The notes under the pieces: model-generated
Seen by the model: only the letters and a program-made list of their open reading frames with translations
Databases searched by the model: none
What the model was told of the DNA's origin: nothing
In this document: in pieces, positions 1 to 9,202 of the stretch
How the letters are laid out: every line of letters starts with the position of its first letter
Numbering within the stretch: position 1 is the stretch's first letter
Made by a program: the position numbers and the translations under genes
DNA from: Promethearchaeota archaeon
GTDB lineage: Archaea; Asgardarchaeota; Lokiarchaeia; Sigyniarchaeales; SOKP01
Length of the DNA: 64,000 bases
Direction: 5' to 3'
Assembly (NCBI GenBank): GCA_016839705.1
Contig: JAEOTR010000023.1
Span: 33,144 to 97,143, forward strand

Positions 1-208
1 ATTCTTTATCATCAATTATCATTTTCCCATCCCCTTCAGCAAAATAGAAAGTTTCGTCTATAAACTTATGACCATGTGGTTTTTCACCCATTAGTTCACC
101 AGGATTAAGTAAAATAATACCCCAATCGATAGAAGGGCCTCGCATTAAATATTTAACACCTGAGGTTCCACCTCGATATTCAAAATCGGTTTCATGTACT
201 TTTTTAAT
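1..208 (-). CDS. Cupin-domain protein (runs off the window start); probable ATT start
   Basis: Manual translation (I/M)KKVHETDFEYRGGTSGVKYLMRGPSIDWGIILLNPGELMGEKPHGHKFIDETFYFAEGDGKMIIDDKE contains the cupin H-x-H-x4-E motif. GGTGA SD at 219-215; in-frame TGA at 217-215. Confidence 0.65.
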   Translation of the reverse strand, partial: MKKVHETDFEYRGGTSGVKYLMRGPSIDWGIILLNPGELMGEKPHGHKFIDETFYFAEGDGKMIIDDKE

Positions 209-353
209 TTCAATTCACCAGAAGTGTAATTTATACTATGAGAAAAATTATCTAGAGTAAATTATAAATCTTATCTATTACAAAGAGATTCATAGTTTGA
301 TTTCTCTGTTAAAAAATATTGACGAATTCATCAATAGATAAGAGGTATGTAGT

Positions 354-1541
354 TTGATTCCATCGTTTAATTTCACCACAATTCCACATATACTATTTGG
401 TCCCAGAAAACTAAATGAACTTTTTGAAATTATTCCTAAATTCGGAAAAAATGTACTTTTCGTTATTGGTGAAAACTCACTTAAAAACTCAGGCAGATGG
501 GATGCAATAGTAACTGAATTAATCCATAAATCACTTAATTATTATGAGATATCTATAACAGGAGAACCCTCACCACGTCTTATTGATGATTCAGTTGGGA
601 AATTTCAACACAAAAAGCTTGATTTAGTTATTAGTATAGGTGGGGGTAGCGTTATTGATGCGGGAAAAGCAATATCTGCAATGATGTTTAAAAAAGATTC
701 GATAAAAAACTATTTAGAAGGAATTGGTAATAAAATTCATGATGGAAAGAAACTCCCATTCATTGCAATTCCTACAACCTCTGGTACAGGGAGCGAGGCT
801 TCTAAAAATGCTGTCATCAGTGAAATTGGACCAAAAGGGTTTAAAAAATCCTTACGACATGATAACTTAATTCCCAACCTTTCGATTATAGATCCTGAAT
901 TGATGATCTCTTGCCCCCCCTCAATTTCAGCTGCTTGCGGTATGGATGCCTTAACTCAACTAATTGAGGCGTATGTATCACCTAAAGGAAATCCGATAAC
1001 AGACGCTTTAGCGATCAATGGAATGAAATTTATGTGTGAAAATTTATTAAAGGCATGTTCATTAGGAGCATCCAATATTAAGGTGCGAACTGCAATGGCA
1101 TATGGATCGCTTATTTCTGGAATTACTCTTGCTAATGCCGGTTTAGGCATTGTTCACGGATTAGCTTCTTCAATTGGAGGATATTTTGATATACCACACG
1201 GCGTCGTTTGTGGAACTTTATTATCTGAAGCTTCCAAAATGAATATAAAAAAGCTAGAAGAAATGGGAGTTAGTGGGAGGGAAGCGTTAAGAAAATATGC
1301 CCAAGTTGGTGCTTTAATAAAGGGAAAAAATACTGTTGAAAACCGCGATATTAAAGATCACTGTTCAAATTTAATCAACACTCTTAATGATTGGACTGAC
1401 CAATTAAAATTAGATCGATTAGGTAAATATTGTATTATTATAGATGATGTTGATAAAATTCTTAATAAAACGGGAATAAAAAACAATCCTGTTAATTTAA
1501 ACCGAGAGGAGATTAGATCTATTATAATGAATCGACTTTAG
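354..1541 (+). CDS. Iron-containing alcohol dehydrogenase
   Basis: GGGSVIDAGK, IPTTSGTGSE, GMDALTQLIE, GIVHGLA and PHG motifs. Confidence 0.93.
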   Translation: MIPSFNFTTIPHILFGPRKLNELFEIIPKFGKNVLFVIGENSLKNSGRWDAIVTELIHKSLNYYEISITGEPSPRLIDDSVGKFQHKKLDLVISIGGGSVIDAGKAISAMMFKKDSIKNYLEGIGNKIHDGKKLPFIAIPTTSGTGSEASKNAVISEIGPKGFKKSLRHDNLIPNLSIIDPELMISCPPSISAACGMDALTQLIEAYVSPKGNPITDALAINGMKFMCENLLKACSLGASNIKVRTAMAYGSLISGITLANAGLGIVHGLASSIGGYFDIPHGVVCGTLLSEASKMNIKKLEEMGVSGREALRKYAQVGALIKGKNTVENRDIKDHCSNLINTLNDWTDQLKLDRLGKYCIIIDDVDKILNKTGIKNNPVNLNREEIRSIIMNRL

Positions 1542-1552
1542 TTAATTTGGTA

Positions 1553-2074
1553 TTATACATAAAGTTTCTTTATAACTTCTTTTGCTAATAACTCGAATGC
1601 TAAATTCACATTCTCTCCTGTTTTAGAGGAAATCTTTAAATATTTAAAAAAATCATACTTTTTAGGAAAAGTTAACGCGAAATCATCGTTTACAGAAATT
1701 GATTCTGTTAAATCCAATTTAGTTCCTAGGAAAATTATCGGAATATTTGGATTTTCTCCTCTACAAATGTTTACCCATTGTTCTATTTTATCTAAACTAG
1801 ATGGACGTGTGAGATCAAAAAGTAGAAGAGCCCCTCTTGCCCCTTTGGAATAGTTTTTTAATAAAGGTCTAAAATGCTCTTGTCCACCAAAATCCCAAAC
1901 TTGTAAATTAATTTTTCTCTTTTCAATCTCTAATTCTTTCATGAAGAATTCAACCCCGAGTGTCATCTTAGTGTCAACCAGAAACCTCCCTTCAATATAG
2001 CGATAAAGGAGGGTTGTCTTCCCCACGCCTCCTTCACCGGCTGTAATAACTTTGAATAGTATTGGTTTGGGCAT
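1553..2074 (-). CDS. Rab-like small GTPase
   Basis: G1 GEGGVGKTT, G3 WDFGGQE, G4 TKLD, G5 SSK. ATG at 2074 preferred over TTG at 2089. Confidence 0.92.
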   Translation of the reverse strand: MPKPILFKVITAGEGGVGKTTLLYRYIEGRFLVDTKMTLGVEFFMKELEIEKRKINLQVWDFGGQEHFRPLLKNYSKGARGALLLFDLTRPSSLDKIEQWVNICRGENPNIPIIFLGTKLDLTESISVNDDFALTFPKKYDFFKYLKISSKTGENVNLAFELLAKEVIKKLYV

Positions 2075-2110
2075 ATTATTTCGCTTCAATTTGCGTAGTT
2101 CACAATCCTA

Positions 2111-2554
2111 TTAAGCTCTCTCAAAAGATAAATATTTCTTTTGTCTTAAAAAAATAACATTAATACTTAACTTTTTTGATCTTCGGCGTAATTCTGAATC
2201 ATTTGTAGCAAGAAAGACAGATTGATAATTTTCTTTTAATTCAGTTAACTTTCTAATCATAAAATCATCAGTTGTTTCATTTATAGCTTTTATATCTTGA
2301 ATAAATTCAATCTCAAAACGGTCCTTATTTTTTTCTAAATACGATAAACCAGATTTAAGTAATCTTATGAATCTCGTTACCCTAGGTTCTCTCTTTCTCT
2401 TTGCTTCAAGTTCATTTAGAATTTGTTGGAAAACTATAAACTTTAGTTTCCCATCTAAATTGGCTCGAATCTCATTTAGATAATCGATTTTAAACTGAAA
2501 AGGAAGAAGTATAAAATTAGCATCTAATATAATTAAAACAAGATTGGATCTCAA
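2111..2554 (-). CDS. PIN-domain ribonuclease (Fcf1/Utp24-like archaeal family)
   Basis: IILDANFILLPFQFKIDY N-terminus, TDD and ATNDSELRRR motifs; start overlaps the upstream stop (TTGA). Confidence 0.85.
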   Translation of the reverse strand: MRSNLVLIILDANFILLPFQFKIDYLNEIRANLDGKLKFIVFQQILNELEAKRKREPRVTRFIRLLKSGLSYLEKNKDRFEIEFIQDIKAINETTDDFMIRKLTELKENYQSVFLATNDSELRRRSKKLSINVIFLRQKKYLSFERA

Positions 2555-3072
2555 TAAGTTTGTCGCTCTAATATTTTTTTTGTTAAAATCTCAAAAGCTT
2601 TCCCTACATTTTCACCCGTTTTAGAAGAGATTTTGAGAAAGTCAATTAAATTATATTCATTAAGAAACATTTTAGCATAATCATCGTCGACTTGAATATC
2701 ATCATCTAAATCCAGTTTCGTCCCTAAAAAGAGAACGGGAAGATTTGGGTCACCCTTTCTTACTATATTGAGCCATTGTTCCAAATTTTCTAATGTGGTC
2801 ATCCTTGTGAGGTCAAACATGAGCAGTGCTCCTTTTGCGCCTAGAACATAGCTTTCAAGTAAAAATCGAAATCTCTCTTGCCCACCGAAGTCCCAGAGCT
2901 GCAGTGTGCATTGTTTCTCCTCAATCAACGTCTCTTTTAAAAAAAATTCCACACCTATCGTCATTTTTGTTTCAGCAGAGAATTTTCCTTCTACGTATCT
3001 ATGGAGAAGTGTTGTTTTCCCTACTCCTCCCTCTCCTGCTGTTAAGATCTTAAGTATGAATTTCTTCGGCAT
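2551..3072 (-). CDS. Rab-like small GTPase
   Basis: GEGGVGKTT, TIGVEF, WDFGGQERF, TKLD, SSKTGENV. Confidence 0.94.
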   Translation of the reverse strand: MPKKFILKILTAGEGGVGKTTLLHRYVEGKFSAETKMTIGVEFFLKETLIEEKQCTLQLWDFGGQERFRFLLESYVLGAKGALLMFDLTRMTTLENLEQWLNIVRKGDPNLPVLFLGTKLDLDDDIQVDDDYAKMFLNEYNLIDFLKISSKTGENVGKAFEILTKKILERQTY

Positions 3073-3111
3073 TTTTACAATCTCATTTTACTTATTGGAC
3101 GAATAACATTT

Positions 3112-3150
3112 AAGATTAATCTTCTGTTGTGCATATTATGAGATTAATCT
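3112..3150. promoter_or_regulatory. Pair of palindromes, possible operator
   Basis: AAGATTAATCTT (3112-3123) and AGATTAATCT (3141-3150) lie upstream of the GTPase-PIN-GTPase operon; AT-rich, so could be chance. Confidence 0.3.
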
Positions 3151-3364
3151 TTTTTTATTATAATTATAATCTTATTACTACTTAATATTCTTTATTTAAT
3201 AGAAATTTTAAAATTTAATTTAATTCTTAAAATAATTTCTTATTTTTGTTCTTTATCCTTTTTTTTAGCCATAATTCTAAAACAAACGATGACAAAATAA
3301 ATTTTATTAATATAGAAATAATACTTCTACTAATCATTTATAAAAAGATGGAATGTGATTCAAA

Positions 3365-3658
3365 ATGAAAATGAAAAAGAAAATCCCTACTGAAGCGGAT
3401 TTAAAAAAATTAGACGTTGAATCATGGGGTACATGGAGTAAGGAAGTTAGTGAATTTGATTGGTCCTATGGTGATACTGAAACGTGTTACATACTTGAAG
3501 GTGATGTGGAGGTAACAGATTCTAAAACCGGTGAAAAAATTGAATTTAAGAAAGGAGATCTTGTTCAATTCGAAAAGGGATTAAATTGTGTATGGAATGT
3601 AAAAAAACCAATAAGAAAATACTTTAATTTTGATTTGGATTTTGGTGCTATAGATTAA
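3365..3658 (+). CDS. Small cupin protein (DUF861/EutQ-like)
   Basis: WGTWSKEVSEFDWSYGDTETCYILEG...GDLVQFEKGLNCVWNV. Confidence 0.88.
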   Translation: MKMKKKIPTEADLKKLDVESWGTWSKEVSEFDWSYGDTETCYILEGDVEVTDSKTGEKIEFKKGDLVQFEKGLNCVWNVKKPIRKYFNFDLDFGAID

Positions 3659-3709
3659 TTAAATTCAAATTCTTTTTTTTTAAATTCTCAGCAAATAGCT
3701 TCAAATTAT

Positions 3710-4252
3710 TTAAGAAAATCTTTGTTTATCTTGATGTTCTTTAACAGAGGTTTCTCTCTCGCTGAGCCTTTCAAGTTTAATTAAACCCTCCTTTATAGCT
3801 TTTATCTCCGTTCGAGTATTTACTTTATAATCCTTGAGGTTATCTAGAATTTCTTTTTCAGTAAAACCCTTATTGTATACTTCCTTGAACGCTTGAATAG
3901 TTTCCTGATGGTAAAAAATGTATTGTTTATTTAGAAATACTATCAACCACTTTTTCTTCAACTGGTTCTGTGATAATTCAAACATTTCTTCTCTAACTTT
4001 TTCAAGAGATTTTTTAAGCTTACGAGCAATTAATTCATCCTCGATCTTATAAAATCCCTTCATGAACTTGTGTAATTTATTTTTAAAGAATATTCTAGGA
4101 ATGTAAGATAAGAAGAATAGTATTATAGTAATAACCGCCATCCAAATTGCGGTAACTGGATTAAAAAAAGCTATTATTATAATGGCAATAATAAGAAATG
4201 CAAACCATTTACGTCCAATAGTTTTAAAAAAGACAATATATTTTTTTGGCAT
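3710..4252 (-). CDS. Hypothetical protein with two N-terminal TM helices
   Basis: Hydrophobic residues ~16-52, then a charged soluble domain. Confidence 0.7.
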   Translation of the reverse strand: MPKKYIVFFKTIGRKWFAFLIIAIIIIAFFNPVTAIWMAVITIILFFLSYIPRIFFKNKLHKFMKGFYKIEDELIARKLKKSLEKVREEMFELSQNQLKKKWLIVFLNKQYIFYHQETIQAFKEVYNKGFTEKEILDNLKDYKVNTRTEIKAIKEGLIKLERLSERETSVKEHQDKQRFS

Positions 4253-4357
4253 AATTTTCTACTTTAGCACTAGTTATTATGATCTATAACATTAATGATC
4301 ACATAAAAAAATTATTTCTAGGTAAATCTTTATATAAATAAAGTAAGTAAGTTTCAA

Positions 4358-4533
4358 ATAACCACATAAACAAGCGTTTCCGGGTTCGGATGGGACCGGG
4401 TATTATCCTAAATCACCATGACCGTGAGCGAACTCACAGTTTGTAGTTTCCCACAGATATCAACCGCAGTACTATCTACAACGCGAGAAAGTTTAACTTC
4501 CGGCGCTTTACTTTATGTTATTTATGTGGTTAT
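4358..4533. repeat. Inverted repeats forming a processing stem around the 5S gene
   Basis: ATAACCACATAAA (4358-4370) / TTTATGTGGTTAT (4521-4533), perfect 13 bp; AAGCG (4372-4376) / CGCTT (4504-4508); CCGG at 4380-4383 and 4500-4503. Confidence 0.85.
4378..4497 (-). rRNA. rrf: 5S rRNA, circularly permuted gene (3' half - UUCG - 5' half)
   Basis: Minus strand reads GUUAAAC...UUGUAGAUAGUACUGCGG...CUGUGGGAAACUACAAACUGUGAG-UUCG-CUCACGGUCAUGGUG...ACCCGGUCCCAUCCGAACCCGGAA. The conserved 5S loop C (CCCAUCCGAAC), loop E (AGUA/GAAA) and helix I are all present, but the halves are in swapped order. Confidence 0.9.
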
Positions 4534-4550
4534 AAAACCACGAGATTACC

Positions 4551-4560
4551 ATTTAATAAG
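4551..4560 (-). promoter_or_regulatory. Putative TATA box for the 5S precursor
   Basis: Minus-strand CTTATTAAAT about 20-25 nt upstream of the start of the outer stem (4533). Confidence 0.45.
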
Positions 4561-4703
4561 GACGGTTATTTTCTTTGTAAATACCTTCTTATTTGGTAAA
4601 ATGTAAATAGAAAAAATATAGCTTAATAATTAAATTTTTTCATTAGAAAGATTAAATTTAAAAGGAGCAAAACAAATCACGCTAACGACAGATAGGATTT
4701 TAA

Positions 4704-6824
4704 TTAATTATCATTAATTCGAGCATATCTCCTTATTTCCTTAAAAATTAGGAATACAGAAAGTCCAGTAATTCCAATAATTAGAATTAAAGACATAGGA
4801 AGAATATAATCCATTATGGGTGTCGGGATTATCAATTTAAATCCTAAATCTTGAAAGATGTTTGAATTATTCGCATAATCTCTTGAAATAATACAATAGG
4901 AATAATCTCCAGGTTTAACTTTATTAAGATTAAATGTCAATAGGTTTTGATTTTCAAGTAACCCATTTGATCTACTGAAATATTCATAACTTTCAAAATT
5001 ATTGTCAGATAACAGTAAATGTACACTCTCTATTCCCGAATAATTATCAAGTATTTCGATTTTAAAATTTATTGTGTCTGAGGTCATTGGGCTTTTAGGA
5101 ATACATTCAATACCTATAAATTCAGGTTTACTTGTATCTGGAAGTGTAGTAAAATTGAAATGAGTTGGTATTAAATTATGACCAGTTACAGTTACATTGT
5201 AAGTTTCATTTGCTAATGCTGGAAGTCGGAATTTAGTGATCCCGTTTTTATCAGCATAGACAGTATTAAATTTACCATCACTACTAGTAAAATAAACTCT
5301 TGCAAATGGTATTGTTTTACTGTGAATATCCATAATAGTAATAGATGCAAGTTGACCTTCATAAATATTCTCGTAAAAAGGATTAGCTGCTTGTTGAGGT
5401 ATATTTGTATAAATATCAACTTCGGGATCACCTAAAAGATTATAGCTTAAAATATTTTTCCGTTCAAAATCGTATCTAGTTGATCCAGTTCCCTGCGTAT
5501 AATAATCACTATTTATATAGGAAACTTTAGAATCATAAAGTGCTTTCCCTTGTTGGAATTTTTCTTCCTGAAAAAATTCCTTCCAAAACATTTTGGCATT
5601 TCCACGATTAAGTTTTTCTAAATTCTCATCATCTTCGAAATACCAAGTTACTCTTAATCCCCCAATTGCCCCGATGGCACCTCCATTAATCCTTTTTATT
5701 AGGGTTTCCCCTATACTATTATCATTAGCATCATAACTAGATGTAGAACACGCATCAATATATACTAAAGAAGGCATATAAGCATTAGAACTTGAAGCTG
5801 CATCTGAACTAGAATAACCAATAGTTGAAGGATCAATATAATAAACCGTTGGGGCACCATGTCCTGCCATAATAACTGTTGAATAACCATTATTAAAGAA
5901 TGCTTTAAGATTTGACCTTGTAAGATTCCCTTCTTCTTTGACTAGATGTGAATAGTTAATGTCATATTGAGCATAGTGTTGAATAATAAAATTAGTTAAA
6001 GCACTTTCATATTCTCCCGAATCTTGACCAGAAACACTATAACTGGAAATACCCCCAGTTAACAACATTCTATTCATCCAATCTCCTATTTGTGGATTTT
6101 TTTCATATTTTAAAGTCTTATTCACCATAATTTCAAGTTCATTTGCATCATTTGCAGGAAATCTACCGACGTATACTTCTGGAGTCCAAGAGATTTCATC
6201 TAAACCATAGAGATTATCTCGGGGAGCTTCACCCCAAATATTATCTTCATCACTATCCCAACTTCCTGATAAATCTGCATAATAAAAATCTGTGGGCTTA
6301 TAATATTCACCTGAAATTGACTCAGTCCTTCCTCCTCCCCACCTCAGAACATCTGGATTATACACCATTCTGATTGGGATTAAATTTTCTTGAGCATCTC
6401 CAGCTAAAAGTACCCACTGAATGTTTTCTTTTTCGTAATAAGATTTTATCATGTTTCTTATTTTTTCTGCATCATCCCTACCCTCATACAGAGAAAAATT
6501 ACTCAAGATAATTGTCTTAACACCTTTTTCATTTTTCCAATCCATTAAAGGTTTTAACGCATCAATAAAATCCGATCTGTTAGGACAAATAATCAACATT
6601 TCAATTTTGGGGTTGTACCACATATCATGTAAAAGTTCATAATCAATATCAGGAACAAAAGATACATCAACTTCAGGATATCCATTAGTAGACATATTCA
6701 CTTTAAAAAAATTTGATGATTTTAAAGCCATCATAGAAGAATTTAAAGTTAACCCTACAATCGACAATAGGATTAAAAGGAAAGCAATAGAGTATTTTGG
6801 CTTCTTTGAGTGAATATGTATCAT
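4704..6824 (-). CDS. Peptidase C25 (gingipain-like), secreted and C-terminally membrane anchored
   Basis: WKNEKG, VLLAGD, TDFYYADL, VYVGRFP, AGHG (catalytic His), DACS (catalytic Cys), YNLLGDP; N-terminal signal and C-terminal TM. Confidence 0.9.
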   Translation of the reverse strand: MIHIHSKKPKYSIAFLLILLSIVGLTLNSSMMALKSSNFFKVNMSTNGYPEVDVSFVPDIDYELLHDMWYNPKIEMLIICPNRSDFIDALKPLMDWKNEKGVKTIILSNFSLYEGRDDAEKIRNMIKSYYEKENIQWVLLAGDAQENLIPIRMVYNPDVLRWGGGRTESISGEYYKPTDFYYADLSGSWDSDEDNIWGEAPRDNLYGLDEISWTPEVYVGRFPANDANELEIMVNKTLKYEKNPQIGDWMNRMLLTGGISSYSVSGQDSGEYESALTNFIIQHYAQYDINYSHLVKEEGNLTRSNLKAFFNNGYSTVIMAGHGAPTVYYIDPSTIGYSSSDAASSSNAYMPSLVYIDACSTSSYDANDNSIGETLIKRINGGAIGAIGGLRVTWYFEDDENLEKLNRGNAKMFWKEFFQEEKFQQGKALYDSKVSYINSDYYTQGTGSTRYDFERKNILSYNLLGDPEVDIYTNIPQQAANPFYENIYEGQLASITIMDIHSKTIPFARVYFTSSDGKFNTVYADKNGITKFRLPALANETYNVTVTGHNLIPTHFNFTTLPDTSKPEFIGIECIPKSPMTSDTINFKIEILDNYSGIESVHLLLSDNNFESYEYFSRSNGLLENQNLLTFNLNKVKPGDYSYCIISRDYANNSNIFQDLGFKLIIPTPIMDYILPMSLILIIGITGLSVFLIFKEIRRYARINDN

Positions 6825-6931
6825 GGAATATTAATAATAAAATGTTTTAAGGTATATATTTAATTTTAGAAATAAAAATATAAAAATAAGAATCTATTTA
6901 TTATAAAAAGAAAAAGTCGGGTTATTACATC

Positions 6932-7150
6932 ATGCCTGTAAGATTCAATACTTGTCCACACTGTTCTAATAAAATTACGTTTAAGATTGAAATAGAAGAT
7001 ATAGATTCTAGTCAATATCCTGCTCCCGTTTATATAGTATGCCATTCTTGTAAGAAATTATCTACTTTCTATGTAGATAGCCTCTTGAGAGTGTCATATA
7101 AAGAGCTCGAGAAGAAGATAGGTGGGAAAAAAACAATTGAAACCAGATAA
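6932..7150 (+). CDS. Small zinc-ribbon protein
   Basis: CPHC...CHSC. Confidence 0.7.
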   Translation: MPVRFNTCPHCSNKITFKIEIEDIDSSQYPAPVYIVCHSCKKLSTFYVDSLLRVSYKELEKKIGGKKTIETR

Positions 7151-7275
7151 AAGATTTTTTCTCAAATTTTTCTAAATTAAAAGGGTTTTTTGATTAATTT
7201 AATAAAAAATATTTACTTAATGTTTTATAAGAAACACTATAAACGGTAGATACAATACCTAAAATTTGTGCTAAT

Positions 7276-8862
7276 ATGTCATTTGATTTAGAAGATATTG
7301 CAGGAATTGGGAAAACAACCGCAGAAAAAATGAGAGCGGCAGGGATAGATTCAATTGAAAAATTAGTTGGAGTTAAACCTGAAGATTTAGTAAAGTTAAA
7401 AATCAAAGGTGTAGGTAAGGCTAAAGCTCAAAACATAATTTCAGATGCAACAGAAATTCTTGAAGAGCTTAGCAAAAAAGAAAAATCCTCAAAAGTGCTA
7501 ACGGAAAAAATTGATGAGAAACCAAAACCAAAATCTAAACCTGAAACAGCAACAAAATCTAAATCAAAACCAACTTCTAAAGAAAAGCGAACTTCATTAA
7601 AAGAATTAATAAAACAACAAGCAGAATGTAATATTGGTCTTGTTGGGCATGTAGATCACGGAAAAACTACACTTGTTAAATCTTTAACGGGAGATTGGAC
7701 TGATCGACATTCTGAGGAACAAGAACGAGGCATTTCAATAAAATTAGGTTATTCTAATGCTACAATTCTCTACTGTCCTGTTTGTGATGAATATACTACC
7801 GCCCATCTTATAGAAATAAAAAGAGCAAAAGGTCAACCTCGGTTTACATGCCAAAACTGTAAAGGGAATTTAGAATTTAGAAGAAATATATCATTTGTTG
7901 ATGCCCCTGGTCATGAGATTTTAATGGCAACTATGTTAAGTGGTGCGTCTTTAATGGATGGTGCTTGCCTTCTAATCGCTGCAGATGAGAGATGCCCCCA
8001 ACCTCAAACACGAGAACATCTAGCCGCATTAAATATTGCGGGGATTAAAAAAATAATCATCTTACAAAATAAAATTGATGCAGTTTCTCGGGAACAAGCT
8101 TTAGAGAATTTTCAGCAAATTAAAATATTTGTAAAAGGCACTGTTGCAGAAAATGCTCCAATCATACCAGTTTCAGCAGTTTTTGAGGCGAACCTCCATT
8201 TAGTTATAAGAGCTTTTGAAGAAATTATCCCTACTCCTACTTTTAATGAGGAGGAAACCTTTCAATTTTTAATTGCTCGATCATTTGATATCAACAAACC
8301 AGGAAAAAATATTGCAGAATTACAAGGTGGGGTAATAGGCGGTTCAGTATTAAAGGGTAATATTGAAATTGGGTCTCAAATTGAAATAAAACCAGGTATA
8401 CGCGTTAAGGAGGAGTATATTCCTATTAAATCAAAAGTTGTAAGTATTAGTCAAGGAGATCAAAATTTAGAAATTGCAAAACCAGGTGGACTAATTGGTT
8501 TAGGTACGAACTTAGATCCAGCATTGACTAAAGGCGATCATCTAATTGGACACCTAGTTGGAAAACCAGGAACACTTCCCGAAATTCTTAAAGAAGTTGA
8601 ATTAAAAGTCAATCTTTTAGACAGAGTAATTGGTTCAGAAGTACAGATGAAGGTCCAACCACTAAAACATGGTGAAAAATTGTTATTAGTTGTTGGAACT
8701 GAGAAAACGGGTGGAACTGTTACCAAAATATTAAAGAATAGTACAATAATAAATCTCACACCGCCAATCTGCCCTCCTGAAGATTTTATATATGCAATTT
8801 CTCGTATCATAAATAGACGTTATCGTTTAATAGGATATGGTGAAGAAGTAAACCACAAATAG
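7276..8862 (+). CDS. eif2g: Translation initiation factor aIF2/eIF2 gamma with an N-terminal HhH extension
   Basis: NIGLVGHVDHGKTT, RGISIKLGY, zinc knuckle CPVC/CQNC, DAPGHEILMATMLSGA, PQPQTREH, QNKID, RLIGYG. Confidence 0.95.
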   Translation: MSFDLEDIAGIGKTTAEKMRAAGIDSIEKLVGVKPEDLVKLKIKGVGKAKAQNIISDATEILEELSKKEKSSKVLTEKIDEKPKPKSKPETATKSKSKPTSKEKRTSLKELIKQQAECNIGLVGHVDHGKTTLVKSLTGDWTDRHSEEQERGISIKLGYSNATILYCPVCDEYTTAHLIEIKRAKGQPRFTCQNCKGNLEFRRNISFVDAPGHEILMATMLSGASLMDGACLLIAADERCPQPQTREHLAALNIAGIKKIIILQNKIDAVSREQALENFQQIKIFVKGTVAENAPIIPVSAVFEANLHLVIRAFEEIIPTPTFNEEETFQFLIARSFDINKPGKNIAELQGGVIGGSVLKGNIEIGSQIEIKPGIRVKEEYIPIKSKVVSISQGDQNLEIAKPGGLIGLGTNLDPALTKGDHLIGHLVGKPGTLPEILKEVELKVNLLDRVIGSEVQMKVQPLKHGEKLLLVVGTEKTGGTVTKILKNSTIINLTPPICPPEDFIYAISRIINRRYRLIGYGEEVNHK

Positions 8863-8869
8863 TTTTTAT

Positions 8870-9196
8870 CTATGAAGAATACGAAAGAAAAATTTCACGT
8901 ATCTTTCCCTTAACTAGATTTAATGATGAGTCAACACTACTAAACACACTCTTTAATGTTTTTACAACTTCGATATCAACATCAGAATTTTTAGATTTCG
9001 TTATAATTTGTTTAGTTTCGTAGAGGATAGTAGTATTTTCTACTTTAGCAAGAAAATGTAGAACAATTTCTATATTTACTTGGCTAACAAGAGAGTTGCT
9101 TGTAATTTCTTTAAATTCGTAAAAAACCTCGTCTATTGTACGTCTGTCTAAAAACCTAATAAAATCATCAATATTGTCACAAAAGATAACAATCAA
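8870..9196 (-). CDS. Hypothetical protein
   Basis: 108-aa ORF directly downstream of the 9203-10888 gene; no recognised motif. Confidence 0.65.
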   Translation of the reverse strand: MIVIFCDNIDDFIRFLDRRTIDEVFYEFKEITSNSLVSQVNIEIVLHFLAKVENTTILYETKQIITKSKNSDVDIEVVKTLKSVFSSVDSSLNLVKGKIREIFLSYSS

Positions 9197-9202
9197 TTTG
9201 AA

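Noticed and set aside
3123-3133. TCTGTTGTGCA shared with 63690-63700, 51-57 nt upstream of two genes
   Set aside because: Only two copies of an 11-mer before unrelated genes; compatible with chance.
4418-4606. 62-aa ORF in the track
   Set aside because: Antisense to the 5S rRNA gene; spurious.
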